From assembly GCF_963921235.1 (NCBI RefSeq), contig NC_086100.1, positions 200,386,001-200,450,000 on the forward strand: a stretch of DNA of 64,000 nt, in the 5' to 3' direction. This document shows positions 13,092 to 25,306 of this stretch, in pieces (the first letter of the stretch is position 1; every line of letters starts with the position of its first letter). Under the pieces are notes generated by a model. The model did no database searches, was not told where the DNA came from, and saw nothing but the letters and a program-made list of their open reading frames with translations. This stretch comes from Mobula hypostoma. Taxonomy: Eukaryota. A program made the position numbers and the translations under genes.

Positions 13092-13463
13092 TTTTACAAA
13101 GATGCTCAATGTAGATCTGATAAATAAATGTGAATGTCTGGGAGCTTTGGGAAGAAATGTATAAAAAGGTGCCGGACAAGATCACCGACAGCACTGACTC
13201 CGGAGACAACCAGTGAAGAAGACCCTGAGTCAGGGACTCGGAAAAGAACTCACGGTGAACCTTGGCCAGGTTCATCTGGGGTGGGGAACACCTGAACGGG
13301 GCGCTGGGTTTTGGGAGTTGTGAAAGTAAACTAAAGAGTTAACGTTTGAATTGTGTAATTACCCCTTGAACAAATCCTGATCAATAAAGACAACAGTTAT
13401 TGGGCAGTCATCGTCTGGTATGTTCTATCATGTGTTGTCTTTAACTGGGAATAGGGTTCACCA
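13092..13463 (+). repeat. Putative partial LTR of another family (also 36893-37264)
   Basis: TATAAAA at ~13170, AATAAA at ~13383, and an end in ...gttcacCA. No TSD or 5' TG found. Confidence 0.4.
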
Positions 13464-14289
13464 GTGAAGTTCACTTTGTGATCAGAAAGCCGTGGAAATG
13501 TCGAGCTAAATGTGAGACAAAAGACAACAGTCCAATCCTAGAGGATGTACATTCAAGTGGGGTGGGGGTAGAGTTTAAAGGAGATGTGTCCGAGATTCAG
13601 TATGTGGGAGAGAGGCCAGAAGCAGGGAGTGAACAAGATTCTCGTCACTCGGGACCAGTTGGAATTTTTACATTCCCATTATCTAATGATTCACGGCTGG
13701 AGGTACAACTGGCGGCTGTGACCTTGCTGAGTTCAAAAAGGTCAACGTTTCAGAACTTGTTCCTGTGGAAATACAGACATACTCCAGAATATCAGAGTAC
13801 GCTTCTGATAACATTCCACCATCCATACCCTCCCTGATCTATACCAATGAGTAATATTTATTTAGGATCTCTCTCAGACTGCTGTGACCTTGCTGTGTTC
13901 ACAAAAGGTCAACGTTTCAGAACTTGTACCTGTGGAAATGACTCTTTGTTGTTCTGGGCCCAGATATCACTGTGACTCTGTAACTGCGCTCAAGTCTGGA
14001 ATGCTGAATGGGTCGACTGGAATTAAATCTACCTCGTTACGATCTTGCCCTTTATTTATCTACAATGCACTTTCTCTGTAGCTGTTACACTTTATTCTGC
14101 ATTCAGTGACAAACAAGAGAAAATCTGCAGATGCTGGAAATACAATCAAATGTGTGTTCTGCATTCAGTTATTGTTTTACATTGATCTACCTCAATGCAC
14201 TGTGAAAAAGTGTTATACAAACTCTAAGGTCTTCGGGTGGATACGTCACCTGGGCCACATTGTTTGTCAATGATTTAGATAATGGCATT

Positions 14290-14467
14290 CGCAAACACGA
14301 GGAAATCTGCAGATGCTGGAATTTCAAGCAACACACATAAAAGTTGCTGGTGAACGCAGCAGGCCAGGCAGCATCTCTTGGAAGAGGTATAGTCAATCTT
14401 TCAGGTTGAGACCCTTCGTCTCTTCCTAGAGATGCTGCCTCCTCCTGCGTTCACCAGCAACTTTTAT
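14290..14467. mobile_element. Penelope-like element terminal fragment in inverted arrangement (also 38091-38268)
   Basis: gcaaacacgaggaaatctgcagatgctgga start; ~50-bp inverted repeat 14337-14387 vs 14420-14467; inserted in a CR1 fragment. Confidence 0.7.
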
Positions 14468-14850
14468 CTGGAAAATGGAATTGATAGCTTTGTGGCAAAG
14501 TTTGCAGGTGATATGAAGATAGGTGGAGGGGTAGGTAGTACTAAGGAAGCAATGCGATTGCAGCAGGACTTAGACAAATTGAAAGGATGGGCAAAAAAAG
14601 TGGCAGGTGGAATACAGTGTTAGGAAATGTATGATAATGCATTTTGGTAAAAAGAACAATAGTGCAGACCATTATCTAAATGGGGAGAAGGTTCAAACAT
14701 CAGGGGTGCAGAGGGACTTGGGAGTCCTCGTGCAAGACTCCCAGAAGGTTAATTTACAGGTTGAGTCTGTGGTAAAGAAGGCAAATGCAATGTTGGCATT
14801 TATTTCAAGGGGAATAAAATGCAAAATCTAGGAGATAATGCTGAGCCTTT
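14468..14850 (+). mobile_element. CR1 RT fragment (also 38269-38651)
   Basis: FVAKFAGDMKIGG...LQQDLDKL...QRDLGV. Confidence 0.85.
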
Positions 14851-17800
14851 ATAACCATATAACAATTACAGCGTGGAAACAGACCATCTCGGCCCTTCTA
14901 GTCTGTGCTGAATGCTTACTCTCACCTAGTACCACCAATCTGCACTCAGTCCATAACCCTTCATTCCTTTCCTGTCCATATAGCTGTCCAATTTTACTGT
15001 AAATGACAATATCGAGCCTGCCTCAACCACTTCTGAAAGCTCGTTCCACACAGCTACCACTCTCTGAGTAAAGAAGTTCCCCTCATGTTATCCCTAAACT
15101 TTTGCCCACTGACTCTCAACTCATGTCCTCTTGTTTGAATCTCCCCCACTCTCAATGAAAGAAGCCTATCCACGTCAACTCTATCTGTCCCCCTCATAAT
15201 TTTAAATACCTCTATCAAGTCCCCCCTCAACCTTCTATGCTCCAAAGAATAAAGACCCAACTTATTCAACCTTTCTCTGTAACTTAGGTGCTGAAACACA
15301 GGTAACATTCTCGTAAATCTTCTCTGTACTCTCTCTATTTTGTTGACATCTTTCCTATAATTTGGTGATCAGAACTGTACACAATATTCCAAATTTGGCC
15401 TTACCAATGCCTTGTACACTTTTAACATTACATCACAACTCATATACTCAATGCTCTGATTTATAAGGGCTAGCATACCAAAAGCTTTCATCACCACCCT
15501 ATCCACATGATATTCCACCTTTAGGGAACTATGCACCATTATTCCTAGATCCCTCTGTTCTGCTGCATTCTTCAATGCCCCACCATTTACCATGTATGTC
15601 CTATTTTGATTAGTCCTACCAAAATGTAGCACTTCACACTTATCAGCATTAAACTCCATCTGCCATCTTTCAGCCCACTCTTCTAACTGGCCTAAATCTC
15701 TCTGCAAGCTTTGAAAACCTACTTCATTATCCACAACACCACCTATCTTAGTATCATTTGCATACTTACTAATCCAATTTACCATCCTATCATCCAGATC
15801 ATTAATGTATATGACAAACAACATTGGACCCAGTACAGATCCCTGAGGCACACCACTAGTCACCGGCCTCCAACCTGACAAACAGTTATCCTCCACTACT
15901 CTCTGGTGTCTCCCATCCAGCCACTGTTGAATCCATTTTACTACTTCAATATTAATACCTAATGACTTAACTTCCTAACTAATCTTCCATGTGGAACCTT
16001 GTCAAATGCCTCACTGAAGTCCATATAGGCAACATCCACCGCTTTACCCTCGTCAACTTTCCTAGTAACCTCTTCAAAAAATCCAATAAGATTTGTCAAA
16101 CATAACCTTCCATGCACAAATCCATGTTGACTGTTCTTAATCAGACCCTGGCTATCCAGATAATTATATATACCATCTCTAAGAATACTTTCTATTAATT
16201 TACCCACACTGACGTCAAACTTACAGGCCAATAATTTCTAGGTTTACTCTTAGAACCCTTTTTAAACAATGGAAGAACATGAGCAATACGCCAATCCTCC
16301 AGCACCATCCCCGTTTCTAATGACATTTGAAATATTTCTGTCAGAGCCCCTGCTATTTCTACACTAACTTCCCTCAAGGTCCTAGGGAATATCCTGTCAG
16401 GACCTGGAGACTTATCCACTTTTATATTCCTTAAAAGTGCCAATACTTCCTCTTCTTTAATCATCATAGTTTCCATAACTTCCCTACCTGTTTCCCTTAC
16501 CTTACACAATTCAATATCCTTCTCCTTAGTGAATACCGAAGAAAAGAAATAGTTCAAAATCTCCCCCATCTCTTTTGATTCCACATATAGCTGTCCACTC
16601 TGACTCTCTAAGGGACCAATTTTATCCCTCACTATCCTTTTGCTATTAATATAACTGTAGAAACCCTTCGGAATTATTTTCACCTTACTTGCCAAAGCAA
16701 CCTCACATCTTCTTTTAGCTTTTCTAATTTCTTTCTTAAGATTCCTTTAACATTCTTTATATTCCTCGAGCACCTTATTTACTCCATGCTGCCTATATTT
16801 ATTGTAGATATCTCTCTTTTTCCAAACTAAGTTTCCAATATCCCTTGAAAACCGTGGCTCTCTCAAATTTTTAACCTTTCCTTTCAAACTAACAGGAACA
16901 TAGAGATTCTGTACCCTCAAAATTTCACCTTTAAATGACCTCCATTTCTCTATTACATCCTTCCCATAAAACAATTTGTCCCAATCCACTTGTTCTAAAT
17001 CCTTTTGCATCTCCTCAAAGGTAGACTTTCTCCAATCAAAAATCTCAACCCTGGGTCCAGACCTATCCTTCTCCATAATTATATTGAAACTAATAGCATT
17101 GTGATCACTGGACCCGAAGTGCTCCCCAACACAAACCTCCGTCAACTGACCTATCTCATTCCCTAACAGGAGATCCAACACTGCCCCTTCTCTAGTTGGT
17201 ACCTCTATGTATTGCTGCAAAAAACTATCCTACACACATTTTACAAACTCCAAACCATCCAGCCCTTTTACAGTATGGACTTCCCAGTCTATGTGTGGAA
17301 AATTAAAATCTCCTACAATTAAAACCTTGTGCTTACTACAAATATCTGCTATCTCCTTACAAATTTGCCCCTCAAATTCTCTCTCCCCATTAGGTGGCTA
17401 TAATACAGCCCTATAAGTGTTACTACACCTTCCCCATTCCTCAATTCCACCCAAATAGCCTCCCTGGATGAGCCCTCTAATCCATCCTGCCAGAGCACCG
17501 CTGTAATATTTTCTCTGACAAGCAATGCAACACCTCCCCCTTTCGTCCCTCTGATTCTATCACACCTGAAGCAACGAAATCCAGGAATATTTAGTTGCCA
17601 ATCACACCCCTCCTGCAACCATGTTTCACTAATAGCTACAACATCATACTTCCAGGTATCAATCCATGCTCTAAGCTCATCCACCTTTCTTACAATGCTC
17701 CTAGCATTAAAATCAATGAATTTAAGAAATTTTCCACCTCTTACTCTCTGTTTATCACTGACGGTGCAAACAATTTTACTATCTCCTTTTTCTTCCTTCT

Positions 17801-18960
17801 CCCCTACATCTGTTCCTACACTCTGGTTCCCCTCCCCCCTTCTATCTCGTTTAAATCCGCTGGAGCCTCTCTAGCAAACCTACCTGCAAGAATATTTGTC
17901 CCCTGCAGTTCAGATGTAAACCGTCCTGCCGGAACAGGTCCCACTTTCCCTGGAAAACTGCCCAATTATCAATAAATCTGAAGCCCTCCCTCCTGCACCA
18001 TGTCTGCAGCCACGTGTTGATCTGCACTGTCTTACTATTTCTAAACCCGCCTGCACGTGGCACTGGTAGCAATCCTGAGATTGCTATCCTGGAGGTCCTG
18101 TACTTTAACTTGGCGTCTGACTTCCTGAACTCACCTTTCAGGACCTCCTCGCTCTTCCTACCCATGTCATTGGTCCCTATAGGGACCACTACATCTGGCT
18201 GCTCACCTTCCCTCTTGAGAATACTGAGAACTCGATCCAAGATATCATGAACCTTGGCACCAGGGAGGCAACAGACCACCGGGAATCTTGATCTCTTCCA
18301 CAGAACCTCTTATCTGTCCACCTATCGAATCCCCTATCACTACTGCTCTCCTCTTTTCCCTCCTTCCCTTCTGAGCTGAGGGTCCCGTCTCAGTGCCAGA
18401 GACACAACCACTGCAACTTGTCCCTGTAGGTCGTCCCCACCAACAGTATCCAAAACGATATACTTATTGTTGATGGGAATGGCCACAGGGGTGCTCTGCT
18501 CTTTCTGTCTGTTCTCCTTCCCTCTCCTGACAGTCACCCAGCTACCTGCCTCCTGACCTTTAGGAGTGACTGTCCCCCTGAAACTCCTGTCTATTTCTGC
18601 CTTTGCCTCATGAATGATCAGAAGTTCATCCAGCTCCAGTTCCATAACTCGGTTTGTCAGGAGCTGCAGCTGGATGCACCTTTTACAGGTGTAGTCACCA
18701 GGGACGATTGTGTGTCCCCGACTTCCCACATCCTGCAAACGGAGCACTCGACTGCCCTAACTGCTGCCTCCATTACCTACTCTTAAGGTAATTAAATTAA
18801 TTAAAGGTACTTACCCGGCCTTACCTCACTGGGAGCAAGCTCGTCCTCAGCCTCTCGAGCCAAAGCCTTCCTACTCTATCTCCCACTACTACGTCACCCG
18901 TAAAACCATCACCCGCTCTGTTAATCTACTCACTTTTTAACTCTCCCGCTGCCTCACAAG
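14851..18960 (-). mobile_element. Near full-length decayed CR1 LINE (ORF1 zinc finger/leucine zipper plus SGNH esterase; ORF2 APE and RT)
   Basis: CKRCIQLQLL, CLPGAK, IGTND and DGLHLN (ORF1); [21 protein letters not shown] and YANDTK (ORF2); 3' tail at 14851. Confidence 0.92.
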
Positions 18961-19008
18961 ACAAGAGTCAGGCTGCACTTATTATTGCAACATATCCCAG
19001 AAAGGATG

Positions 19009-19585
19009 TGTAACACTCACTTCGCCTAGCGGCTTAAAATAGGGGGTGATATCCCCCTGCCCGGCAAAACTTAAGAAATCTCGTTTGGGTGGATGCTGCG
19101 TGATGTGTCCCCTATTACAAATCAGTACCCCGGAATAACAAATAGTACACAATAAGCGATTAAACAATGAAGCTTTATAACTCTTACTTTGACTGTATGG
19201 TTAGTAGAGAAACAGGGCGCCAATCTTATTAAACAGTCTGTGCACACAAAGTTGGAGCTCACGCAGTTCAGCAGTTCTTCTTCCACCATCGATCTCCGAG
19301 CGTCACCGACCTTCGGACCCCTGCTCCCAGTCCACCCCATCTGGCGGTCCACCAAATTTCTCCATTCGCGTCTTCTCTCTTAATCTCTCTTTCTCTCCTT
19401 CTGGCAAAAAACCCACAAAGACAACTGCTTCCAGAATCACAAGACACAGCAACAATCTCTTATTGGCGAGCCACTAAGTCATAACCCAGACATTGCTGCT
19501 GCAGAGAAACCATTACCTTAACGGTGAAACATTACATAGAAGCCATTACATTAGCCTTAGCAGTGAAACCTTACAGTGTGTTACA
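19009..19585. mobile_element. Solo LTR (577 bp), Gypsy-type
   Basis: TGTAACAC...GTGTTACA 8-bp inverted termini and a perfect 4-bp TSD GATG (19005-19008 and 19586-19589). Confidence 0.88.
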
Positions 19586-19589
19586 GATG

Positions 19590-20280
19590 TTTTTCATTGG
19601 AGAGAGTCCAGAAGACGTTCAGGAGGATGATTCCGAGAATGAAGAGGTAAACAGATGAGGGACATTTGGCAGTTTTGGGCCAAGAGTCACTGGAATTTAG
19701 AAGAATGCGGGGAGATCTCATTGAAGCCTACCGAATGTTGAAAGGACTAGATAGGTTGGATGTGGAGAGAGTGTTTCCTATGGTGGGGGTATCCAGAACT
19801 GGAGGGCACAGCCTCAAAACTGAGGGGCGACCCTTTATAACAGAGGTAAGGAGGAATTTTTTTAGCCAGAAAGGAGCAAATCTGTTGAATGCTGTGCCAT
19901 GGTCTGCAACGGGGGCCAAGTCCATGGATATCTTTAAGGTAGAAGTTGATAATTTCCTGGTTGGTCAGGGCATCAAAGGATATAGTGAGAAGGAAGGTGT
20001 ATGGAGTTCAGTGGGATCCGGGATCAGCCATGATGGAATGGCAGAGCAGACTCGATGGGCTGAATGGCCTAATTCTGCTCCTATGTTTTATGGTCTTAAG
20101 TGGTGCACACAAGCTCAATTTCAGCATTTAATAGAAGTTTGGACATGTACCTGGATGGTAGGGGTATAGAGGGCTATGGTCCAGGTGCAGGTCACTGGAA
20201 ATAGGCCGTTTGAATCATTTGACACAGACTAGATGGGCCTGTGCCTTTCTCTGTGTGTCTTTTTTTCCTGTGACTTTATG
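19590..20280 (+). mobile_element. CR1 3' fragments (also 43391-44081)
   Basis: SLEFRRMRGDLIEAY...RRNFFSQ followed by a CR1-type 3' UTR. Confidence 0.8.
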
Positions 20281-20289
20281 CCCAATGTC

Positions 20290-20440
20290 TTTGGTCCTAG
20301 ACTTATTTCTTGGCATAATTTACATATTACTATTTAACTATTTATGGTTTTATTACTTTTAAGTTATTTATGGTGCAACTGTAACGAAAACCATTTTCCC
20401 CCGGGATCAATAAAGTATGACTATGACTATGACTATGACT
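20290..20440 (+). mobile_element. LINE 3' end with (tatgac)n tail (also 44091-44241)
   Basis: gggatcaataaag followed by (tatgac)4. Confidence 0.65.
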
Positions 20441-21109
20441 AAATAAAATCAGGTAACCAGCCAGTACAAGCAATGTCCAGCAGGACAAAAATGCAATTCA
20501 GATGCATGACGGCCATAAAACCAGTATTAAAGTAGCAATATAACAAATTTATGGACGATGCTTGATCGATTGGTTCAGAGCAATTATAGCTCTGGGGAAA
20601 AAGCTATTTTTCAGTCTGGAAGTGCAGGCATAGAAAATCTTATAACGTCTGCCAGATGGAAGAAGTTCAAACAGATGATTGCATGGGTGTGTATTGTCCT
20701 TACAGATGCTTGTAGCTTTCCGTAGGCAGTGAGAGCTGTCGGTCTCCTCCAGGGCTGGGAGCTGTGTCCCGATGATCTTCTGTGCGCTAGAGACGACCCG
20801 CTGAAGTGCTTTCCTGTCAGCGGATGTACAACTGAGATACCACACAGAGATGCAGTATGTTAAGCTGCTCTCTATAGTGCAACGGTAAAAAGTCACCGGC
20901 ATCTGTTCAGGCAGACCAGATTTCTTCAGCGTCCTGAGGAAAAACAAGCGTTGCTGTGCTTTCTTAACTATTGTTGTGGTGTTAGTGGACCATGTAAGGT
21001 CTTCTGAGATATGTATTCCCAGAAACCTGAAACTGGACACTCTGTCCACTATGTCTCCATTAATGTGGACTGGAGCGTACTCGTCATCCCGTGACTTTCC
21101 AAAATTGAT
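20441..21109 (-). mobile_element. Rex1/Babar-like LINE C-terminal fragment (also 44242-44910)
   Basis: FRFLGIHISEDLTW...KAQQRLFFLR...LLPSGRRY...NSFFPRAI. Confidence 0.8.
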
Positions 21110-21138
21110 GGACTTGATGCATATGGGACCAGTTTCAA

Positions 21139-22454
21139 TTGAAGTGTGAGAAATTACTTAAAGAGAAAAGTAAACGAGAGGAAGCAGCTGTACTGGTGAA
21201 GGATGAAGTGGAAGGATTAAGGAAACAGTGCAGTGATTTAAAGATGGCTATGAATGTGATTCAGAAATCAGCACAGGAAAAGATGAGTAACACAGGAGAT
21301 CATGCAAAGTGTTTAAAGCACATTCAAAAGCTGCAGGACCAACTTGTGGCACAGCGAGGTATAATATGTGCTTTTGGATCAGAAGAAGGGGGGGAAGGTG
21401 AATATGGAGACATTGATTGGCATGACTTAGCAGATGAAGCTACTAGATACGGTTATGATAATTATGAAGCACCATTTCCCAAGGAACTTCCACCGACACC
21501 CTACCAACGACACTGGTGCTGCCGTCTGCACGATTGGCACCCCTAGTTACTATCAGAGAGCCGGGGAGCCAGGGGAGAAAATAAAAATCAGAATGTAACT
21601 CACACCACACCGTTCGGGGTACAGCACCTTAGAGGTATTGCTAAAGATATCGGGACATGTGTGCTCGGAGACGATCCTCGAGAGCTTTCCCAAGCAACTA
21701 GTCATCAGAGAATAATATGTGGCCCAGACGACTCTGAGGAAAGGAAATTGATTACAATGTGTTTACACCCAAATATACACCCAGCTTTGCCAGATATACA
21801 ATGACATGGTGGGGGAACGAGTGAGGAACTGAAAAACGCAGTAATGACTGTTATGGGAGTTAACAGAGGGAACTGGGTAGACGCGTTAGGCAAATGTTAC
21901 CAGAGGAGAGGTGAACATCCCACTGCACTTGCATCCCGTTTATGGACTGTGTTCCAAGGGGTTTATGGGACAGCATTAGAGTGGGACCTTTTAGGACCAG
22001 AGGCATCAAATAGACGATTGAGAACACTGGTCGCCCCCTGTACCGATGAATCTAAAAAGGCATGGAAATATTTGATCCTCCTGAGCCCACACAGACTGAG
22101 GCATGGGTACTGAGGAAAATGTGTAGAGCGTGGGAAAAGGAGACGCAAAGATCATCTAAACTCTCTAATGGGAAGGTGATGCCTGGTAAAAGTCAGGCAC
22201 CTGCCTGGAGAAATGAGGGTAGGGGACGCACCCTGAGGGTCTCCCTGCCATACCATCAAGGGGCAAGGAAGGGCAGAGGAAACGGAACAGGGCCAGGAAC
22301 AGGGAGAACTGAAGATGGAGTAATCAAATGTTATAACTGTGGTCAAGAGGGGCACATTAAGAGAGAATGTCCAAACCTGAGACGAGTAAGAACAGAGCAA
22401 AATAGTTTGCCCTTGCAGGGGCCAGAACGATGGAGCCCACAAATAACGTGGTGA
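21139..22454 (+). pseudogene. gag: gag-like, disrupted
   Basis: Coiled-coil-like N-terminal part, PPTPY proline motif and CX2CX4HX4C knuckle CYNCGQEGHIKREC. Split over several frames. Confidence 0.82.
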
Positions 22455-22539
22455 AGACACCACCATCCAGGGAATTGAACCTGAGCTTCAGTGATGGTGT
22501 CAGGCCTCACCAACATGGCTGTGTGACACAAGGTGGGAT

Positions 22540-25167
22540 GAAGCCGGGAGACCTCCAGTGAGTGGTAGGGTCAGAGGCTGCCCTGTTACCTTCTTATGGG
22601 ACACTGGAGGATCAAGAACCACCATCAACACCACTAATATAAATAAGGTAAATTGGGAGACACAAGGTAAAATGATCCCTAGTGGATTCACAGGATATTC
22701 GCAAGTGGGACATGTGAGTGTACCATTGGAAGTAAGGATAGGACACGTAGCACTGGAACATTCAGTAGTGTTGGTGGACTTACCCAGGGAGCAGGAACAC
22801 ATACTGGGGAGTGACTATATGGCCAAACCGGGGCTTTGTTTAGACCAGTTAATTGTATGAATTAGGGATGCCAACTGGCATGAGTAACATCCACCAGCTG
22901 CAGATCCCAGCGGGAGAATATCAGGATAGAATCTGCACAATGGGTGAGATGTGGATCAAACCGGAGATGAGCAATGATCAGATGCTGCAGCAAATGATCG
23001 CACAGAACTCAGGGGCATTTGCACGGTACATGCATGACTGCAGAAAGATGGCTGGCAGTGTGTGCATACAAGGTCCAGACCCCAAACCACAGAAGCAATA
23101 TGGGTTTCCCAAAAAAGTGAGGAAGGTGTTGGTAAGGTAATACAGAGTTTGGGACAACAAGGGGTACTGAGGCCAGTAGCCTCCACTGACAACTCACCCA
23201 AATGGCCAGTGAGGAAACCAGATGGTAGTTGGAGGTTGACAATAGACTATTGTGAGCTGAATAAAGTAACTCCATTAACACCCCCAACTGTAGCAACTAA
23301 CCCGGAGACAGTGGTCAAACAGAATGAAAGAGCAGACTGGTTCACAGTTTTAGACATAAATAATGGATTTTGGTCTATCCCACCAGAAAGAGAGTGTCAA
23401 TACAAGTTGACAGTTTCAGGGACAGCAGTATACATGGACTGCCCTACCACAGAATTCCCCATCTATATTTCACCAGCATTTAGCAGAAGGGTTACAATGG
23501 TTCTCAAAACCCGAGTGCTTGGTACAATATGTAGATGATCTACTCCTGCAGACCGAAAACAAGCAGGAACATTATCAGCTATTGACAGAGCTGCTGTAAT
23601 TATTACTTGCATTGGGACTAAAGGTAAACCATAAAAAAACACAGGTGATGAAACAAGAAGTTAGTTATTTGGGAATGATCTTGACACTGGGGAAAAGAGA
23701 AATTGATAAGCGAAGAGTAGAATTGGTTATGAAACTGCCTATTCCCCGAGACCTGAAAGTGCTGTGGTCCTTTCTGGGGCTGGTAGGATACTGTAGATAT
23801 CACATTGATGGATTTTTCACTAAGGCACCTCCTTTAATAGTGTTACTGAAAAAGAATGTAGTGTGGGGATGGAAATCAGAGCACACCCAGGCCATCACAG
23901 CTCTGAATCAAGCATTGGCCACTGCGCCTGCTTTAAAAACTCCAAATCCGAATGAGCAATTCTCATTGGAGGTGGTCACAACTGAAACCACTCTCTCAGC
24001 AGTCCTGTCACAGGAGACGCATGGGAAGTTAAGACCAGTAGCGTATGCATCACGCATGGTCTCACCAGTAGAATGGGTAAAACTCTTCTTAGTGTTTTTC
24101 TGGGCGGCATGACATTTCGCCTACATAGTGGAACTTAATCCATTTACAATACTGACAGAACACACTTGATAGCAAATGATCCCAAGGGCCCAATTGTACT
24201 GAAACAAAAAGGAGGGCGTGGAAGCAGATCAGATAAGGTAATGACTGAGAACAAAGACACAAAGAAAAAAGAAAAAGCCTACTTTAAAATTTTTGTAGAT
24301 GGGTCTTCATCAGTACAGGAGGGTGAGAGGAGAGCTGGGTGTGGCATGTATGTCGAGGATGGACATGGCCAGGAAAGGCATAGTGTAGCTTTAAAGTTAC
24401 CATCAGTGCACAGGCAGCAGAATTGGCAGCTGTGGTATTTGTGGTCAGCCACACAGAACGTTTTCTGCCTGGGTCAGTCATACACTGATAGTATGTACGT
24501 TTGTAACAGCCTTACTGAACATTTCCCTCTGTGGGAAGCCGGGGGGTTTGTTTCAGCTGACGGAAAGCCCCTCCCATCTGCTGCTTTATTGCAATATATA
24601 TTTGAAGAGGCAAAAGGAAAAGAATATGGAGTCGTAAATGTGAAAGTCCACTCTAAATTATCTCCTGAGGGAAATAGAAAGGCCGGCGAATTGGCAAAGC
24701 GAGGTGCTTTATCCGGGCAGGAATGGCAGCCACAGATTGGGGAGATTGGGAGGCAGAAAGAACAAGAGATTAAGGTTATGGATTTAACAGAGGAGCAGAA
24801 GAAAGATAAAGAATTTTAAAAATTGATAGAAGGCGCAGGGTCTGAAATATACAAAGAGCACGAGGGAGTGTTTGTCAAAGTTGGAGTTGTCCTTCATGAA
24901 GAAAAGTTTGTGATTCCAAAGGGAGGAAGAAAGCAGATGATCCATTGGTTCCATGATTTACGGGGACACCAGGGGTGTGGAAGCTCCCTGGAAAAGATCA
25001 AGGAAGTCGGCTGGTGGCCCAAGAGGAAGGATGATGTGGATCATTATGTCAAAAATTGCTTGATTCGTGCACAATATAATCCTGATAGAAATGTAAAGAA
25101 AGGAGCCCTTCGACACACCAGACCAATGGAAGAGCCTTGGTCTAATTTGCCGATAGATTATGTTGGT
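22540..25167 (+). pseudogene. pol: pol: protease, RT, tether RNase H, RNase H, integrase N-terminus
   Basis: FLWDTGG protease with ILGSD; PVRKPDGSWRLTIDY, LDINNGFWSI and VQYVDDLLL (~23523-23549) in RT; FLGLVGYCR; FVDGSS RNase H; H-H-C zinc-finger remnant; PWSNLPIDYVG. Confidence 0.9.
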
Positions 25168-25306
25168 TTCGAGGTCGCTTCCGGGTCATCAAGGGAATGG
25201 CGGCGTAAGGAAAAGGTCTCTCGACAAAAAAGAAGTTAAACTGCCCCAAAATCGAATTTAGACAAATACTTAATATTTTATAACTATATTAATAAAAGGG
25301 GCAAGG

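Noticed and set aside
13478..14081. ORFs of 119 and 65 aa in the non-TE island
   Set aside because: Both start at GTG, have no recognisable domain, and overlap a CR1 scrap and a local duplication.
14167..14204. RSS-like pattern agttattgt-22 nt-cactgtg
   Set aside because: It lies within a LINE/SINE 3' tail sequence, and no Ig or TCR V, D or J coding segment is nearby.
19040..19070. Minus strand resembles the U1 snRNA 5' stem (ggcagggggatatcacc)
   Set aside because: The match is short and imperfect, lacks the ATACTTACCTG end and an Sm site, and lies inside a solo LTR.
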